Shown here piece after piece: positions 18,080 to 26,227 of a DNA stretch of 64,000 bases; positions within the stretch are counted from its first letter, which is position 1, and each line of letters opens with the position of its first letter. Source of the DNA: Candidatus Woesebacteria bacterium RBG_13_46_13 (lineage in GTDB: Bacteria > Patescibacteriota > Microgenomatia > UBA8517); contig MGFR01000001.1 of assembly GCA_001791995.1 (NCBI GenBank), positions 14,880 through 78,879 of the forward strand. The letters run 5' to 3'. The notes under the pieces are model-generated. The model had not been told where the DNA came from and did not search any database. It saw only the letters and a list, made by a program, of their open reading frames with translations. Made by a program: the position numbers and the translations under genes.

Positions 18080-18107
18080 ATTTTAGCAAGAATAGGAAAG
18101 TTGTCAA
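18080..18107 (-). promoter_or_regulatory. Near-consensus sigma70 promoter TTGACA-N16-TAAAAT reading leftwards into the GC-rich non-coding region.
   Basis: Minus-strand -35 TTGACA is plus 18102-18107. The -10 TAAAAT is plus 18080-18085. Confidence 0.5.
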
Positions 18108-18130
18108 TTCCCTACCTAAAATGGTAAAAT
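18101..18130 (+). promoter_or_regulatory. Candidate promoter TTGTCA-N18-TAAAAT for the tRNA Glu-Lys-Gln cluster. It is back-to-back with the minus-strand promoter.
   Basis: TTGTCA at 18101-18106 and TAAAAT at 18125-18130. tRNA-Glu starts at 18149. Confidence 0.4.
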
Positions 18131-18148
18131 AACTCGCTTCCTGGGTTT

Positions 18149-18221
18149 GACGCCATCGTCTAACGGCTTAGGACGAGGCCCTTTCAAGGCCTAAATACGA
18201 GTTCGATTCTCGTTGGCGTCA
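18149..18221 (+). tRNA. tRNA-Glu (anticodon UUC)
   Basis: GACGCCATCGTCTAACGGCTTAGGACGAGGCCCTTTCAAGGCCTAAATACGAGTTCGATTCTCGTTGGCGTCA. Anticodon loop CTTTCAA. Confidence 0.9.
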
Positions 18222-18232
18222 CAGAAGAGCTT

Positions 18233-18304
18233 GGGCCCATAGCTCAACGGCAGAGCAAGTGCCTTTTAAGCACGTGGTTGGGGGTTCGAATCCCTCTGGG
18301 CTCA
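18233..18304 (+). tRNA. tRNA-Lys (anticodon UUU)
   Basis: GGGCCCATAGCTCAACGGCAGAGCAAGTGCCTTTTAAGCACGTGGTTGGGGGTTCGAATCCCTCTGGGCTCA. Anticodon loop CTTTTAA. Confidence 0.9.
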
Positions 18305-18309
18305 CATAA

Positions 18310-18383
18310 TGCGGGATCGTCTAATGGTAGGACAGTGGTCTTTGGAACCATCAATCGGGGTTCGAATCCCTGTCCCGCAGCCA
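18310..18383 (+). tRNA. tRNA-Gln (anticodon UUG), U1-A72 pair, CCA encoded
   Basis: TGCGGGATCGTCTAATGGTAGGACAGTGGTCTTTGGAACCATCAATCGGGGTTCGAATCCCTGTCCCGCAGCCA. Anticodon loop CTTTGGA. Confidence 0.9.
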
Positions 18384-18403
18384 AACAGGACACTCCAAAA
18401 GGC

Positions 18404-18940
18404 TTATTTTTTGCTTCGACCGTTTGGCGTGTTTCCTTTTCTTGGACCATTTGGAATATCGTTTCCTTGATTTTCAATTCCCTGATAAAACTTTCTCATC
18501 ATGCCCCGACGTGACCAAACATCATTCAGTCCCAACTGATCGATGACAAATCCGGCAATAATTATCGAAGCTATAAAACCGGCAGTTATGACCAAGAAGT
18601 TTTTCTTGTATGAAAAATCGTATTTCTTTAATAACCACACGCCCAAGGAAATTCCCAAGATTGCCAATATCGGTATCCACAACGGGAAACTTTCCAGCAT
18701 TGCCTCAAGTCTCCACTGGCCCATCGGACCGTGCTTACGAAGCGAAAACATGATAATGTTGACCAGGAATACGGATGCAACGCTTAAGGCCGCAAGTCCG
18801 CCAATTGAAAACACAGAACCGAGGACAAAATACCACTTCGGTTTCATGGTGATTTGACCGGAAGTTACTTTTGACATAACTTCTTTTTCAAAATCAACCA
18901 TCTTTTGTTTCTTTGATATTATTTTTTTATTTTTTGACAT
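18404..18940 (-). CDS. Multi-pass membrane protein co-transcribed with an ECF sigma factor. It may be an anti-sigma or regulon partner. AT-rich.
   Basis: 178 aa with a short cytoplasmic N-terminus then 4 TM segments. It overlaps the sigma gene's end by 22 nt. GC is clearly lower, roughly mid-30s percent by eye. Confidence 0.5.
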   Translation of the reverse strand: MSKNKKIISKKQKMVDFEKEVMSKVTSGQITMKPKWYFVLGSVFSIGGLAALSVASVFLVNIIMFSLRKHGPMGQWRLEAMLESFPLWIPILAILGISLGVWLLKKYDFSYKKNFLVITAGFIASIIIAGFVIDQLGLNDVWSRRGMMRKFYQGIENQGNDIPNGPRKGNTPNGRSKK

Positions 18941-19467
18941 ATGTTTTTCATTATAATTTTGGCACGGTTGATTCTTGTTCCCACCGTGCCTATCGGAATC
19001 CTTAAGACATCACTAATTTCTTCATATGATTTTTCTTCTAGATAGTAAAGCGATAGGGGTTCTCTATAAGATACGGCCATCTGGCTTAGACAGTTGTGGG
19101 CACGGGTTTTTAATTCCTTTTTAATGAAATCGTCCTCAATATCTATTCCGCTGTCAAAATCTTTCTCTTTATATAAAGAAACCTGTTTTTTCTGTTTATT
19201 AATTAGGTTCATCGCTTGGTTATGGACAATCCTATATATCCAACTACTGAACTTCTTTCTTGTATCAAAGCCGTTTAAGTTTATGTAGGCCTTGATAAAA
19301 GACTCCTGAACGATGTCGGCCGCATTATTTTCATCACCGATTAAATAATTTGCATACCTCATAAGCTTATCCTGATAGCGTTTAATGACATGAACATAAA
19401 GTTCCTTGTCTTTTTTGCAAATCAGCTCGATTATTTTCTCGTCCGATAATGTCGATGGGTCTTTCAT
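18919..19467 (-). CDS. ECF-type RNA polymerase sigma-70 factor
   Basis: Region 2 (DIVQESFIKAY, FSSWIYRIVHNQAMNLI) and region 4 HTH (SYEEISDVLRIPIGTVGTRINRAK). 182 aa. Confidence 0.85.
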   Translation of the reverse strand: MKDPSTLSDEKIIELICKKDKELYVHVIKRYQDKLMRYANYLIGDENNAADIVQESFIKAYINLNGFDTRKKFSSWIYRIVHNQAMNLINKQKKQVSLYKEKDFDSGIDIEDDFIKKELKTRAHNCLSQMAVSYREPLSLYYLEEKSYEEISDVLRIPIGTVGTRINRAKIIMKNICQKIKK

Positions 19468-19569
19468 AATTTCCTATTTTAGTATAAATCCCGTACATCT
19501 ATTCTCCTGTTTACTTCCATTACCAAAACCCCACTTTCGAGGTGAGGTTTGGTAATTACTCTCTGGCTT

Positions 19570-19953
19570 TCAGCGGTTAGCGTTTCGGCCATAACCCGAC
19601 CTTTGTCCCTGGCCCTGTCCTGAACCGTCTCTAAGACCGAGTCCAAGTTCGGTTCTGATTTTATTTGCTTCTTCGGTTTTACCCTCAAGCATTAACTTAT
19701 GCATTTCGGCAAACCTGGCAAAATTACCTTCGTTAACCACTTGGGTAACCCTACCCTTGCCCAGCATCAGTTCTTTCCAGGCATTGTAATCCCTATTTTC
19801 AAACGCCTTGGTCATCGCCTCGTGCCTCTCGGGAGAGTAGTTAGGACCCTGAACATTGGGGTCCCCCCTGTAGGCCAACGCACTTGATGTGGTGGCAAAT
19901 AATACCCCTGCCCCAAGTGCAATTGCAGATAAAGTTAAAATTGTTTTATTCAT
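19570..19953 (-). CDS. Secreted hypothetical protein with a signal peptide and a Gly/Gln-rich tail. It heads the ECF sigma cluster.
   Basis: 127 aa with signal peptide MNKTILTLSAIALGAGVLFATTSSALA. A strong SD, AAGGGGGTG, sits 8 nt upstream, which is unusual for this window. Confidence 0.6.
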   Translation of the reverse strand: MNKTILTLSAIALGAGVLFATTSSALAYRGDPNVQGPNYSPERHEAMTKAFENRDYNAWKELMLGKGRVTQVVNEGNFARFAEMHKLMLEGKTEEANKIRTELGLGLRDGSGQGQGQRSGYGRNANR

Positions 19954-20141
19954 ATTTTTTCACCCCCCTTCATTTTGTTATCCACATGTAATACAAATGA
20001 GGAGAGAATTTTCTTTCAAGGAAATTTATAAGACCTTTTATGCTGTCCCAAATATCTCATTTAGCTTTAGATGTGGTACACGAATCCAAGAAGTTATGGG
20101 CTAAAACGGGTCTAGACCGAGCTGCTCAGCAATAGCGAAGA

Positions 20142-20891
20142 TTACTTCAAAGCCTCTTCAATGGTGACCTTCAGGCTCTCAAAAGGAACCGCTCCGGGGA
20201 CAAGCCAAACATCGCCATTTTTGTTCATAATATAGTTACCCGGTGTACCGTTGACCCCAGCATTTGAACCGCTTTGATAATCCGCATCGACAATGTTTTC
20301 GTACTTCTTGGCCGCATAGCAGGAAGAGAAATCCGCTGCTTTGACTCCCGCTTTGGTTGCTGCAGTTTTTAAACCAGCCTCGGAAAGGGTTGTTTCTTGG
20401 TTGGCAAATACATAGTCCGAAAATTTCCAGAAAGCATCGTTCCCCCCAAGGGCCGAGACGCACTCCGCGGCATTGGCCGCGGGTCTGGCCCAGGGATGGA
20501 GTGTATCCAGAGGAAAGTGTCTATAAACCCAGGCCAACTTGTCTCCGTATTCGGCCACCGCCTGTTGAGCGGTTGTATCGAAAGTTTTACAGAAAGGACA
20601 CTGGTAATCCGAATATTCGATTAAGAAGACTTCAGCATTCAAAGACCCCCTGATGTGATCTTTGTCGCTGGGTTTTTCTAACTTAGAGGCCTCATCGGCG
20701 GTTAGTTTGCCGCTGGTATCCCCAACCGTATCCGTGGGGCTGCCCGTAGATGGGGTGCCTTTTTCCAAGACCGTTACTTTTTGCCACAAAGCCCCAACCG
20801 CTCCGGCAAGAATAATGGTCAAAACCAGAAGCACGGGAACAAATTTATCCAGAAGACCCTTGTTGGAAAGTTTCGGAAGCGATACGGACAT
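20142..20891 (-). CDS. DsbA-family thiol:disulfide oxidoreductase, membrane-anchored
   Basis: N-terminal TM helix, thioredoxin-fold CPFC active site (YSDYQCPFCKTF), 249 aa. Confidence 0.8.
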   Translation of the reverse strand: MSVSLPKLSNKGLLDKFVPVLLVLTIILAGAVGALWQKVTVLEKGTPSTGSPTDTVGDTSGKLTADEASKLEKPSDKDHIRGSLNAEVFLIEYSDYQCPFCKTFDTTAQQAVAEYGDKLAWVYRHFPLDTLHPWARPAANAAECVSALGGNDAFWKFSDYVFANQETTLSEAGLKTAATKAGVKAADFSSCYAAKKYENIVDADYQSGSNAGVNGTPGNYIMNKNGDVWLVPGAVPFESLKVTIEEALK

Positions 20892-20923
20892 GGAAACTAT
20901 TCTTCACCAAAAGCAAATACTTG

Positions 20924-21880
20924 TCAACCCTTAAGTTCGGCGAGGTAACTTAATACATCCATGCCTGCCATGCAGCCGTATCCTGCAGCTGTCACCGCCT
21001 GGCGATAGTGCCAATCGTGCACATCTCCGGCAACAAAAATGCCCGGGACGTTGGTTTTGGAGTTCTCGTAAACTTTGATATATCCCTTCTCGTCAAGCTC
21101 AATGGGGCCTTTAAAAAGCTCACTTTCCGGTCTATGACCGATTGCAATAAATATCCCGTCTAGGGCAAGTTCAGAAGTTGTATTGTCCTTGTTGTTTTTT
21201 AAGATTGCCTTCTCCAGTTTTTGCTCACCTTTCGCTTCAACTACCTCGGTATTCCACAATATTTTAACTTTGGGGTTAGCCATCACTTTTTGCTGCATGG
21301 CCTGGGAGGCCCGGAATGCATCCCTGCGGTGGATAATCGTGACCGAGGTTGCATACTTTGTCAGAACCAAAGCCTCCTCCATTGCAGAATCCCCTCCTCC
21401 GACCACCGCCACGTTCTTGTCCTTGAAAAAAGGAGCATCGCAGGGAGCGCAGGAGGAAACCCCCCTGCCGATAAGTTTGGAGATTCCGGGAGCATCGAGC
21501 CAGAGTGTTGCTGCACCGGTTGCGATGACTATCGTCTTGGCCAGATATTTCTCTCCGGCTGAGCTAATCTCGAAAGGTTTCTTGCCCAGATCAACGCTTT
21601 GGACATTGGACTGGATAAACTCGGCCCCGAACCTCTCGGCTTGTTTCCTCATGGCCATCATTAGGTCGGGCCCCTGAATTCCGTCGGGAAAACCGGGAAA
21701 GTTATCAACGCCGGTTGTGAGCATTAGCTGTCCGCCCCACTTTTCTCCTCCAAGAATAACCGATGAAGCAGCACCGCGAGTGGTATAAATTGCGGCAGTT
21801 AAGGCAGCCGGACCCGAACCAATAATCGCAACATCCCAAGCTTCCCCCTCTTTTGGTTTGAGAGCAAAAACTTCGTCCAT
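20924..21880 (-). CDS. trxB: Thioredoxin-disulfide reductase
   Basis: FAD motif IIGSGPAALTAAIY, a redox-active CAPC pair, NAD(P) motif VVGGGDSAMEEA. 318 aa. Confidence 0.9.
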   Translation of the reverse strand: MDEVFALKPKEGEAWDVAIIGSGPAALTAAIYTTRGAASSVILGGEKWGGQLMLTTGVDNFPGFPDGIQGPDLMMAMRKQAERFGAEFIQSNVQSVDLGKKPFEISSAGEKYLAKTIVIATGAATLWLDAPGISKLIGRGVSSCAPCDAPFFKDKNVAVVGGGDSAMEEALVLTKYATSVTIIHRRDAFRASQAMQQKVMANPKVKILWNTEVVEAKGEQKLEKAILKNNKDNTTSELALDGIFIAIGHRPESELFKGPIELDEKGYIKVYENSKTNVPGIFVAGDVHDWHYRQAVTAAGYGCMAGMDVLSYLAELKG

Positions 21881-21890
21881 TTTTCCTTGA

Positions 21891-22163
21891 CTACATTACG
21901 GGAGCTGCCGGCGGTGTACCACCGGTAGATCCAGTCCCTTCTTCCTTGGCTGGTTCCTCAGCGGTCGTAGCTGTCGGCTCCTCTGTGGAAGCGGGCACTG
22001 TCGGTTCAGGTGTTACAACCGGTGTCTCCGGAACAACTGTCGGCTCGGGAGTAACTACCGGTGTCGGCATAGGTGCTTGAACTGGCGTATCTACCGCCGG
22101 TGCGGCGGGAGTGTCAGTTGGAGCTCCTGGTACTTGCGGGTTCTGTGTTTGATTCGGATCCAA
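21891..22163 (-). CDS. Low-complexity Pro/Thr/Glu-rich ORF filling the trxA-trxB gap. It may use a TTG start, and may not be coding.
   Basis: 90 aa; PT-repeat composition only. Confidence 0.3.
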   Translation of the reverse strand: MDPNQTQNPQVPGAPTDTPAAPAVDTPVQAPMPTPVVTPEPTVVPETPVVTPEPTVPASTEEPTATTAEEPAKEEGTGSTGGTPPAAPVM

Positions 22164-22487
22164 TTAACTCACCCCCTTTTTCAATAAATCTGCGAATGCT
22201 TGTTTTCCGGCAAAGCCCACCTGGCGGTCCAACTCTTTTCCTTCTTTAAAAAGAATCGTTGTGGGGATACTCATCACTCCGAATTTCTGAGCAATGGCTG
22301 GGTTTTCATCAACATTAAGCTTGGCTATGCCTATTTTTCCTTTGTATTCATCGGAGAGCTCCTCAAGGACAGGCTCGGCCATCTTGCAAGGACCGCACCA
22401 GGAAGCCCAAAAATCTACAAGTACCGGAGTTGCGCCTTTTATGACCTTCTCTTCAAAATCTTTCTCGCTGGTATCAAAGGTTGCCAT
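22164..22487 (-). CDS. trxA: Thioredoxin
   Basis: WCGPC active site (FWASWCGPCKM). 107 aa. Confidence 0.9.
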   Translation of the reverse strand: MATFDTSEKDFEEKVIKGATPVLVDFWASWCGPCKMAEPVLEELSDEYKGKIGIAKLNVDENPAIAQKFGVMSIPTTILFKEGKELDRQVGFAGKQAFADLLKKGVS

Positions 22488-22542
22488 GTCGTTTCAATAT
22501 AACGATTGGTGTATAGCTTAGTCAACCTTCAATTTTCACAAT

Positions 22543-24723
22543 CTAAATCTTTTTCAGCTTTAACCTTAAGGAGTTCCCGACCACGGAGACGGAACTGGCG
22601 GCCATCGCGGCCGAGGCAAACATGGGGTTAAGCAACAATCCGAAAAAAGGGTAAAGGACTCCCATGGCAACCGGAATTAATAGCACGTTATAGCCAAAAG
22701 CCCAGAACAAATTTTGCTTGATAATTGCCAAGGTGGCCCTGCTTAAATCCAGAGCGGAGAGAACACTACCAAGATTGCTGTTAACCAAGGTTATTCCCGA
22801 TGTTTCGATGGCCACATCGGTTCCGGTACCCATGGAGATGCCGACGTCGGCAGCCGCCAAGGCCGGGGCGTCGTTGATACCATCCCCCACAAAAGCAACA
22901 CCACCCGTAAACTCTCGAACTTTTTGGGCTTTTTGAGAAGGTAAAACGCCTGCCAAAATATTCTTTATTCCGATTTTTCCCGCAATTCCCTTTGCCGTTC
23001 TCGGGTTATCCCCCGTTACCATCCAAACGTCAATCCTTCTCTTGTCTAATTCCCCGATGACCTCCTTGGCCTCCGGTTTTTCGGTATCGGAAATGGCGAT
23101 AGCCCCCATCGCTTTTCCGTTTACCCCTAAGAGGGCTACTGTTTTCCCCGTTTCTTCCAAGAGTCTGATCCTGTTTTCAAATTTGCCAAAATCGATATTT
23201 TCCTTTTCCATCAGGAGTCTATTTCCCAATACCGATTTTTTCCCGTCAACAACCCCGACTACTCCCATCCCGGAAAAGGATCTAAAACTCTCAACTTTGG
23301 AAAGTGCTGTTTGTTTGTCTTTGGCATACTCCAATACCGCCTCGGCCAAGGAATGCTCCGAACCTTGCTCCAGACTGGCTGCAACTCGGATAATCTCCGC
23401 AGCGCCGATTATCCGGGTAACCCGAGGTTTACCTTGGGTCAATGTTCCGGTTTTATCAAAAATCAAGGTCTTGGTTTTGTTGAGTATTTCAAGCGATGCC
23501 GCGTCTTTAATCAGAATTCCCCTGGAGGCTCCCTTACCGATGGCAACGATAATTGCCGTGGGGGTTGCCAAACCCAGTGCGCAAGGACAAGCGATAATCA
23601 GTACCGAGATCATGCTGACAATGGCCTGGTCCAGGGTTCCAAAACTAATCCAGACAAGAAATGTAAGAGCGGCCAGAGCCAAGACAACCGGAACAAAATA
23701 CGAAGATACCGAATCCGCCAGTCTTTCTATCGGAGCTTTTGAGCCTTGGGCTTCGGAAACAAGCTTGATAATGCCTGCCAACACAGTATCTCCAGCATTA
23801 CTTGTTGCCTTAACCAGCAAGGTTCCGTTGATATTTAAAGTCGCCCCAATTACGTTTGAGCCGATTTGTTTATCAACGGGCAAGCTCTCGCCGGTAACCA
23901 TGGCTTCATCGATGCTGGCCTCTCCCTGAACGATAATTCCGTCAATGGGAATTTTCTCCCCTGGCCTGATGCGCAGCAAATCCCCCACTTTCACCTCTTC
24001 GATGGGGATATCTATCTCTTCTTTACCCCGAACGACACGGGCGCTTTTAGGCTGAAGCATGCCCAGTTTTTTAATCGCATCCGAAGTTCTGGCTTTGGCT
24101 TTGGCCTCCAAATAGCGGCCCAAGAGTATCAGGGTAATAATTACCGCCGAAGTGTCGAAATAGAGATTACCCCCGGGGAATATTTTCGGAAAAAAGAGGT
24201 TGACTATGGAAAATCCGTAGGCGGCGGTAGTTCCCAGCGCCACCAGGGTATCCATACTCGCTGTTTTGTTTTTGAGTCCCGACCAGGCCGCCAAATAAAA
24301 GTCTCTGCCTCCCCAAAACTGGACCACCGAAGCAAAGATGAAGGTTGTGTAGACTTCAAAAAATATTTTCGGTATAAAGGAGAAAATGCCGGGAAAAGTT
24401 CCCGCCATAATAAAAAGGCTTAATATCACCGATACCAGAAATTTAGCCCTCAGCCCCTTAAGCTCCTTGACTTTCTCAGCTTCCTTGATCTTCTGTGTGC
24501 CCTGGGCGGTATCGGTAATGATTGCTCTATAACCCGCTTTGGCTACCTCAGCCGCAAAATCCTTGGGTTTGGCAATCTTGGCATCATATTCCAGAATCGC
24601 CTGCTCGCTGCCGTAATTTACCGAAGCCGAAAGTACCCCTTTTGTTTTTGTAAGATGCTTCTCGAGGAGTTTCGCGCAGGAAGCGCAGTGCATTCCGACA
24701 ATCGGAAATGAAGTTTTTGTCAC
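22543..24723 (-). CDS. copA: Copper-translocating P1B-type ATPase
   Basis: N-terminal HMA domain GMHCASCAKLLE, CPC in TM6 (IIACPCALGLATP), DKTGTLT, and GDGINDAP. 726 aa. Confidence 0.95.
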   Translation of the reverse strand: MTKTSFPIVGMHCASCAKLLEKHLTKTKGVLSASVNYGSEQAILEYDAKIAKPKDFAAEVAKAGYRAIITDTAQGTQKIKEAEKVKELKGLRAKFLVSVILSLFIMAGTFPGIFSFIPKIFFEVYTTFIFASVVQFWGGRDFYLAAWSGLKNKTASMDTLVALGTTAAYGFSIVNLFFPKIFPGGNLYFDTSAVIITLILLGRYLEAKAKARTSDAIKKLGMLQPKSARVVRGKEEIDIPIEEVKVGDLLRIRPGEKIPIDGIIVQGEASIDEAMVTGESLPVDKQIGSNVIGATLNINGTLLVKATSNAGDTVLAGIIKLVSEAQGSKAPIERLADSVSSYFVPVVLALAALTFLVWISFGTLDQAIVSMISVLIIACPCALGLATPTAIIVAIGKGASRGILIKDAASLEILNKTKTLIFDKTGTLTQGKPRVTRIIGAAEIIRVAASLEQGSEHSLAEAVLEYAKDKQTALSKVESFRSFSGMGVVGVVDGKKSVLGNRLLMEKENIDFGKFENRIRLLEETGKTVALLGVNGKAMGAIAISDTEKPEAKEVIGELDKRRIDVWMVTGDNPRTAKGIAGKIGIKNILAGVLPSQKAQKVREFTGGVAFVGDGINDAPALAAADVGISMGTGTDVAIETSGITLVNSNLGSVLSALDLSRATLAIIKQNLFWAFGYNVLLIPVAMGVLYPFFGLLLNPMFASAAMAASSVSVVGNSLRLKLKKI

Positions 24724-24968
24724 CTTTTTTTAAGTACCTGCATCACCTCGGATATGGCTTCTCTGCTTTTACCTGCTTTTATCGAATCCGAGACGCAGGT
24801 CTCGAGATGGTTTTTAAGAACAACCTCGTCGGCTTTCCTCAGGGCAGCCTGAACTGCTATGGATTGATGAACAACGTTGATGCAGTACTCCCCTTGCTCC
24901 AGCATCTTCACCACTTTATCCAAATGGCCCCGGGCAATCTGGTAACGATGTAAGGCTTGGCTTTTCAT
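24720..24968 (-). CDS. csoR: CsoR/RcnR-family metal-sensing transcriptional repressor
   Basis: 82-aa all-helical protein with conserved Cys/His positions (C...H...C). It lies immediately upstream of and overlapping copA. Confidence 0.8.
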   Translation of the reverse strand: MKSQALHRYQIARGHLDKVVKMLEQGEYCINVVHQSIAVQAALRKADEVVLKNHLETCVSDSIKAGKSREAISEVMQVLKKR

Positions 24969-24969
24969 C

Positions 24970-24997
24970 TTGACACTAAAATCGGATATACTATACT
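24970..24997 (+). promoter_or_regulatory. Sigma70-like promoter TTGACA-N16-TATACT for the plus-strand copper operon. A mirror-image TTGACT/TATACT promoter for csoR-copA is on the minus strand, about 24991-25026.
   Basis: TTGACA at 24970-24975 and TATACT at 24992-24997. On the minus strand TTGACT is plus 25021-25026. The palindrome sits between the two -10 and -35 elements of both. Confidence 0.5.
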
Positions 24998-25001
24998 AGT
25001 A

Positions 25002-25020
25002 TATCCCCCCAGGGGGGATA
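25002..25020. promoter_or_regulatory. CsoR-type operator: 19-bp palindrome TATCCCCCCAGGGGGGATA.
   Basis: A perfect inverted repeat around a central A, with AT-flanked C6/G6 tracts. It resembles known CsoR operators of the ATACCC...GGGTAT type. It overlaps the predicted TSS of the plus-strand promoter. Confidence 0.6.
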
Positions 25021-25037
25021 CAGTCAAGAAGAATAAT

Positions 25038-26033
25038 ATGCAGCAAATCTGGTTGGCATTTCTGACGGGCCTGACAAGTGGAGCGATTTCTTGTTTTGCC
25101 ATTCAAGGCGGTCTTTTGGCCTCCTCTCTGGCTCAAGACAAAGAGCCCCAAAAGGATAGTAAATCTCTTAAGATTCTGATTTTCCTGGGTTTTAAAATTC
25201 TTTTTTACAGCCTTCTTGGTTTGGGTTTAGGACTTGCGGGTTCAAAATTGGCGATTTCAACCAATATCCAGGCCGCTCTGCAAATCTTGGTCGGACTATT
25301 TCTCTTGGCAACGGCCGCCAGAATTGTAAATTTGCATCCCCTATTCCGTTATTTTGTAATTCAGCCCCCAACTTTCCTTTACAAAATTATCAAGAAACAA
25401 ACCAAGCTGGGTTCCTATTTTGCCCCGGCGACATTGGGCGCAATGACAATACTTATCCCCTGCGGGGTAACCCAAGCTATGATGCTTTTGGCAATTGCAT
25501 CAGGAAGTGCTCTCTATGGGGCAGCCATTATGTTTGCCTTTAGTCTGGGTACCTCCCCCGTATTTTTTGCCCTCGGTCTGGCAGCCGCCGAAATGTTAAA
25601 AAGGAAGGCCTTCGTTGTAGCCTCCGCAATTCTGATACTCCTGCTCGGCGTGCTCTCATTCAACGCGGGCCTGGCCATCCTCGGCTCAAAATATACAATT
25701 CAGAACCTTTATAAGAGTTTGTTTTCCGTAAATGGCTCCGCCAAACAGGCCAGAATCATCCAGGGTAAACAGGAAGCAACGATTAATGTGACTGCGACAG
25801 GATACAGAGCTGACGTGGACACCCTCAAAGCCGGAGTTCCGGTGAGCCTAAAGCTGGTTAGTCAAAATTCATATAGCTGTGCCAGGGCTTTTGCCATACC
25901 GGAAATGGGAATATCAATACTGCTTGCCCCGACCGGAACCAGGGTTTTGGAGTTTACTCCCACAAAAACCGGCTCTCTTGTCTACACCTGCAGTATGGGT
26001 ATGTATACCGGAAGCTTTAATATCGTTCCATGA
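25038..26033 (+). CDS. Polytopic membrane protein with a DsbD_2/TauE-like TM region carrying Cys, plus a C-terminal cupredoxin-like domain. A putative copper-handling protein.
   Basis: The track ORF 24957..26033 overlaps the promoter and operator, so the start is probably MQQIWLAF at 25038. TM Cys motifs are SGAISCFAIQGG and ILIPCGVTQAMM. The C-terminal beta-domain ends PTKTGSLVYTCSMGMYTGSFNIV. Confidence 0.65.
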   Translation: MQQIWLAFLTGLTSGAISCFAIQGGLLASSLAQDKEPQKDSKSLKILIFLGFKILFYSLLGLGLGLAGSKLAISTNIQAALQILVGLFLLATAARIVNLHPLFRYFVIQPPTFLYKIIKKQTKLGSYFAPATLGAMTILIPCGVTQAMMLLAIASGSALYGAAIMFAFSLGTSPVFFALGLAAAEMLKRKAFVVASAILILLLGVLSFNAGLAILGSKYTIQNLYKSLFSVNGSAKQARIIQGKQEATINVTATGYRADVDTLKAGVPVSLKLVSQNSYSCARAFAIPEMGISILLAPTGTRVLEFTPTKTGSLVYTCSMGMYTGSFNIVP

Positions 26034-26227
26034 GCGGAAAAACTTACAAAATTACGGGCATGGATTGTCCCAGTTGCGCAATGTATATCCAGAGCGAACT
26101 TGAAGATGCGGGGGTTGATGCCGAGGTAAATTATGCATCGCAAAAGCTAATCCTAAAAAATGGAAATCTAAGCTTCTCCGAGGTAAAAAAACTGGTTGAA
26201 AAGGCGGGTTATAAGCTTATTCCATAG
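26030..26227 (+). CDS. copZ: Copper chaperone, HMA domain
   Basis: 65 aa with the GMDCPSCAMYI (MxCxxC) metal-binding motif. Confidence 0.85.
   Translation: MSGKTYKITGMDCPSCAMYIQSELEDAGVDAEVNYASQKLILKNGNLSFSEVKKLVEKAGYKLIP

Noticed and set aside
18244-18514. Track ORFs overlapping the tRNA Glu-Lys-Gln cluster.
   Set aside because: The sequence is fully accounted for by three well-folded tRNAs.
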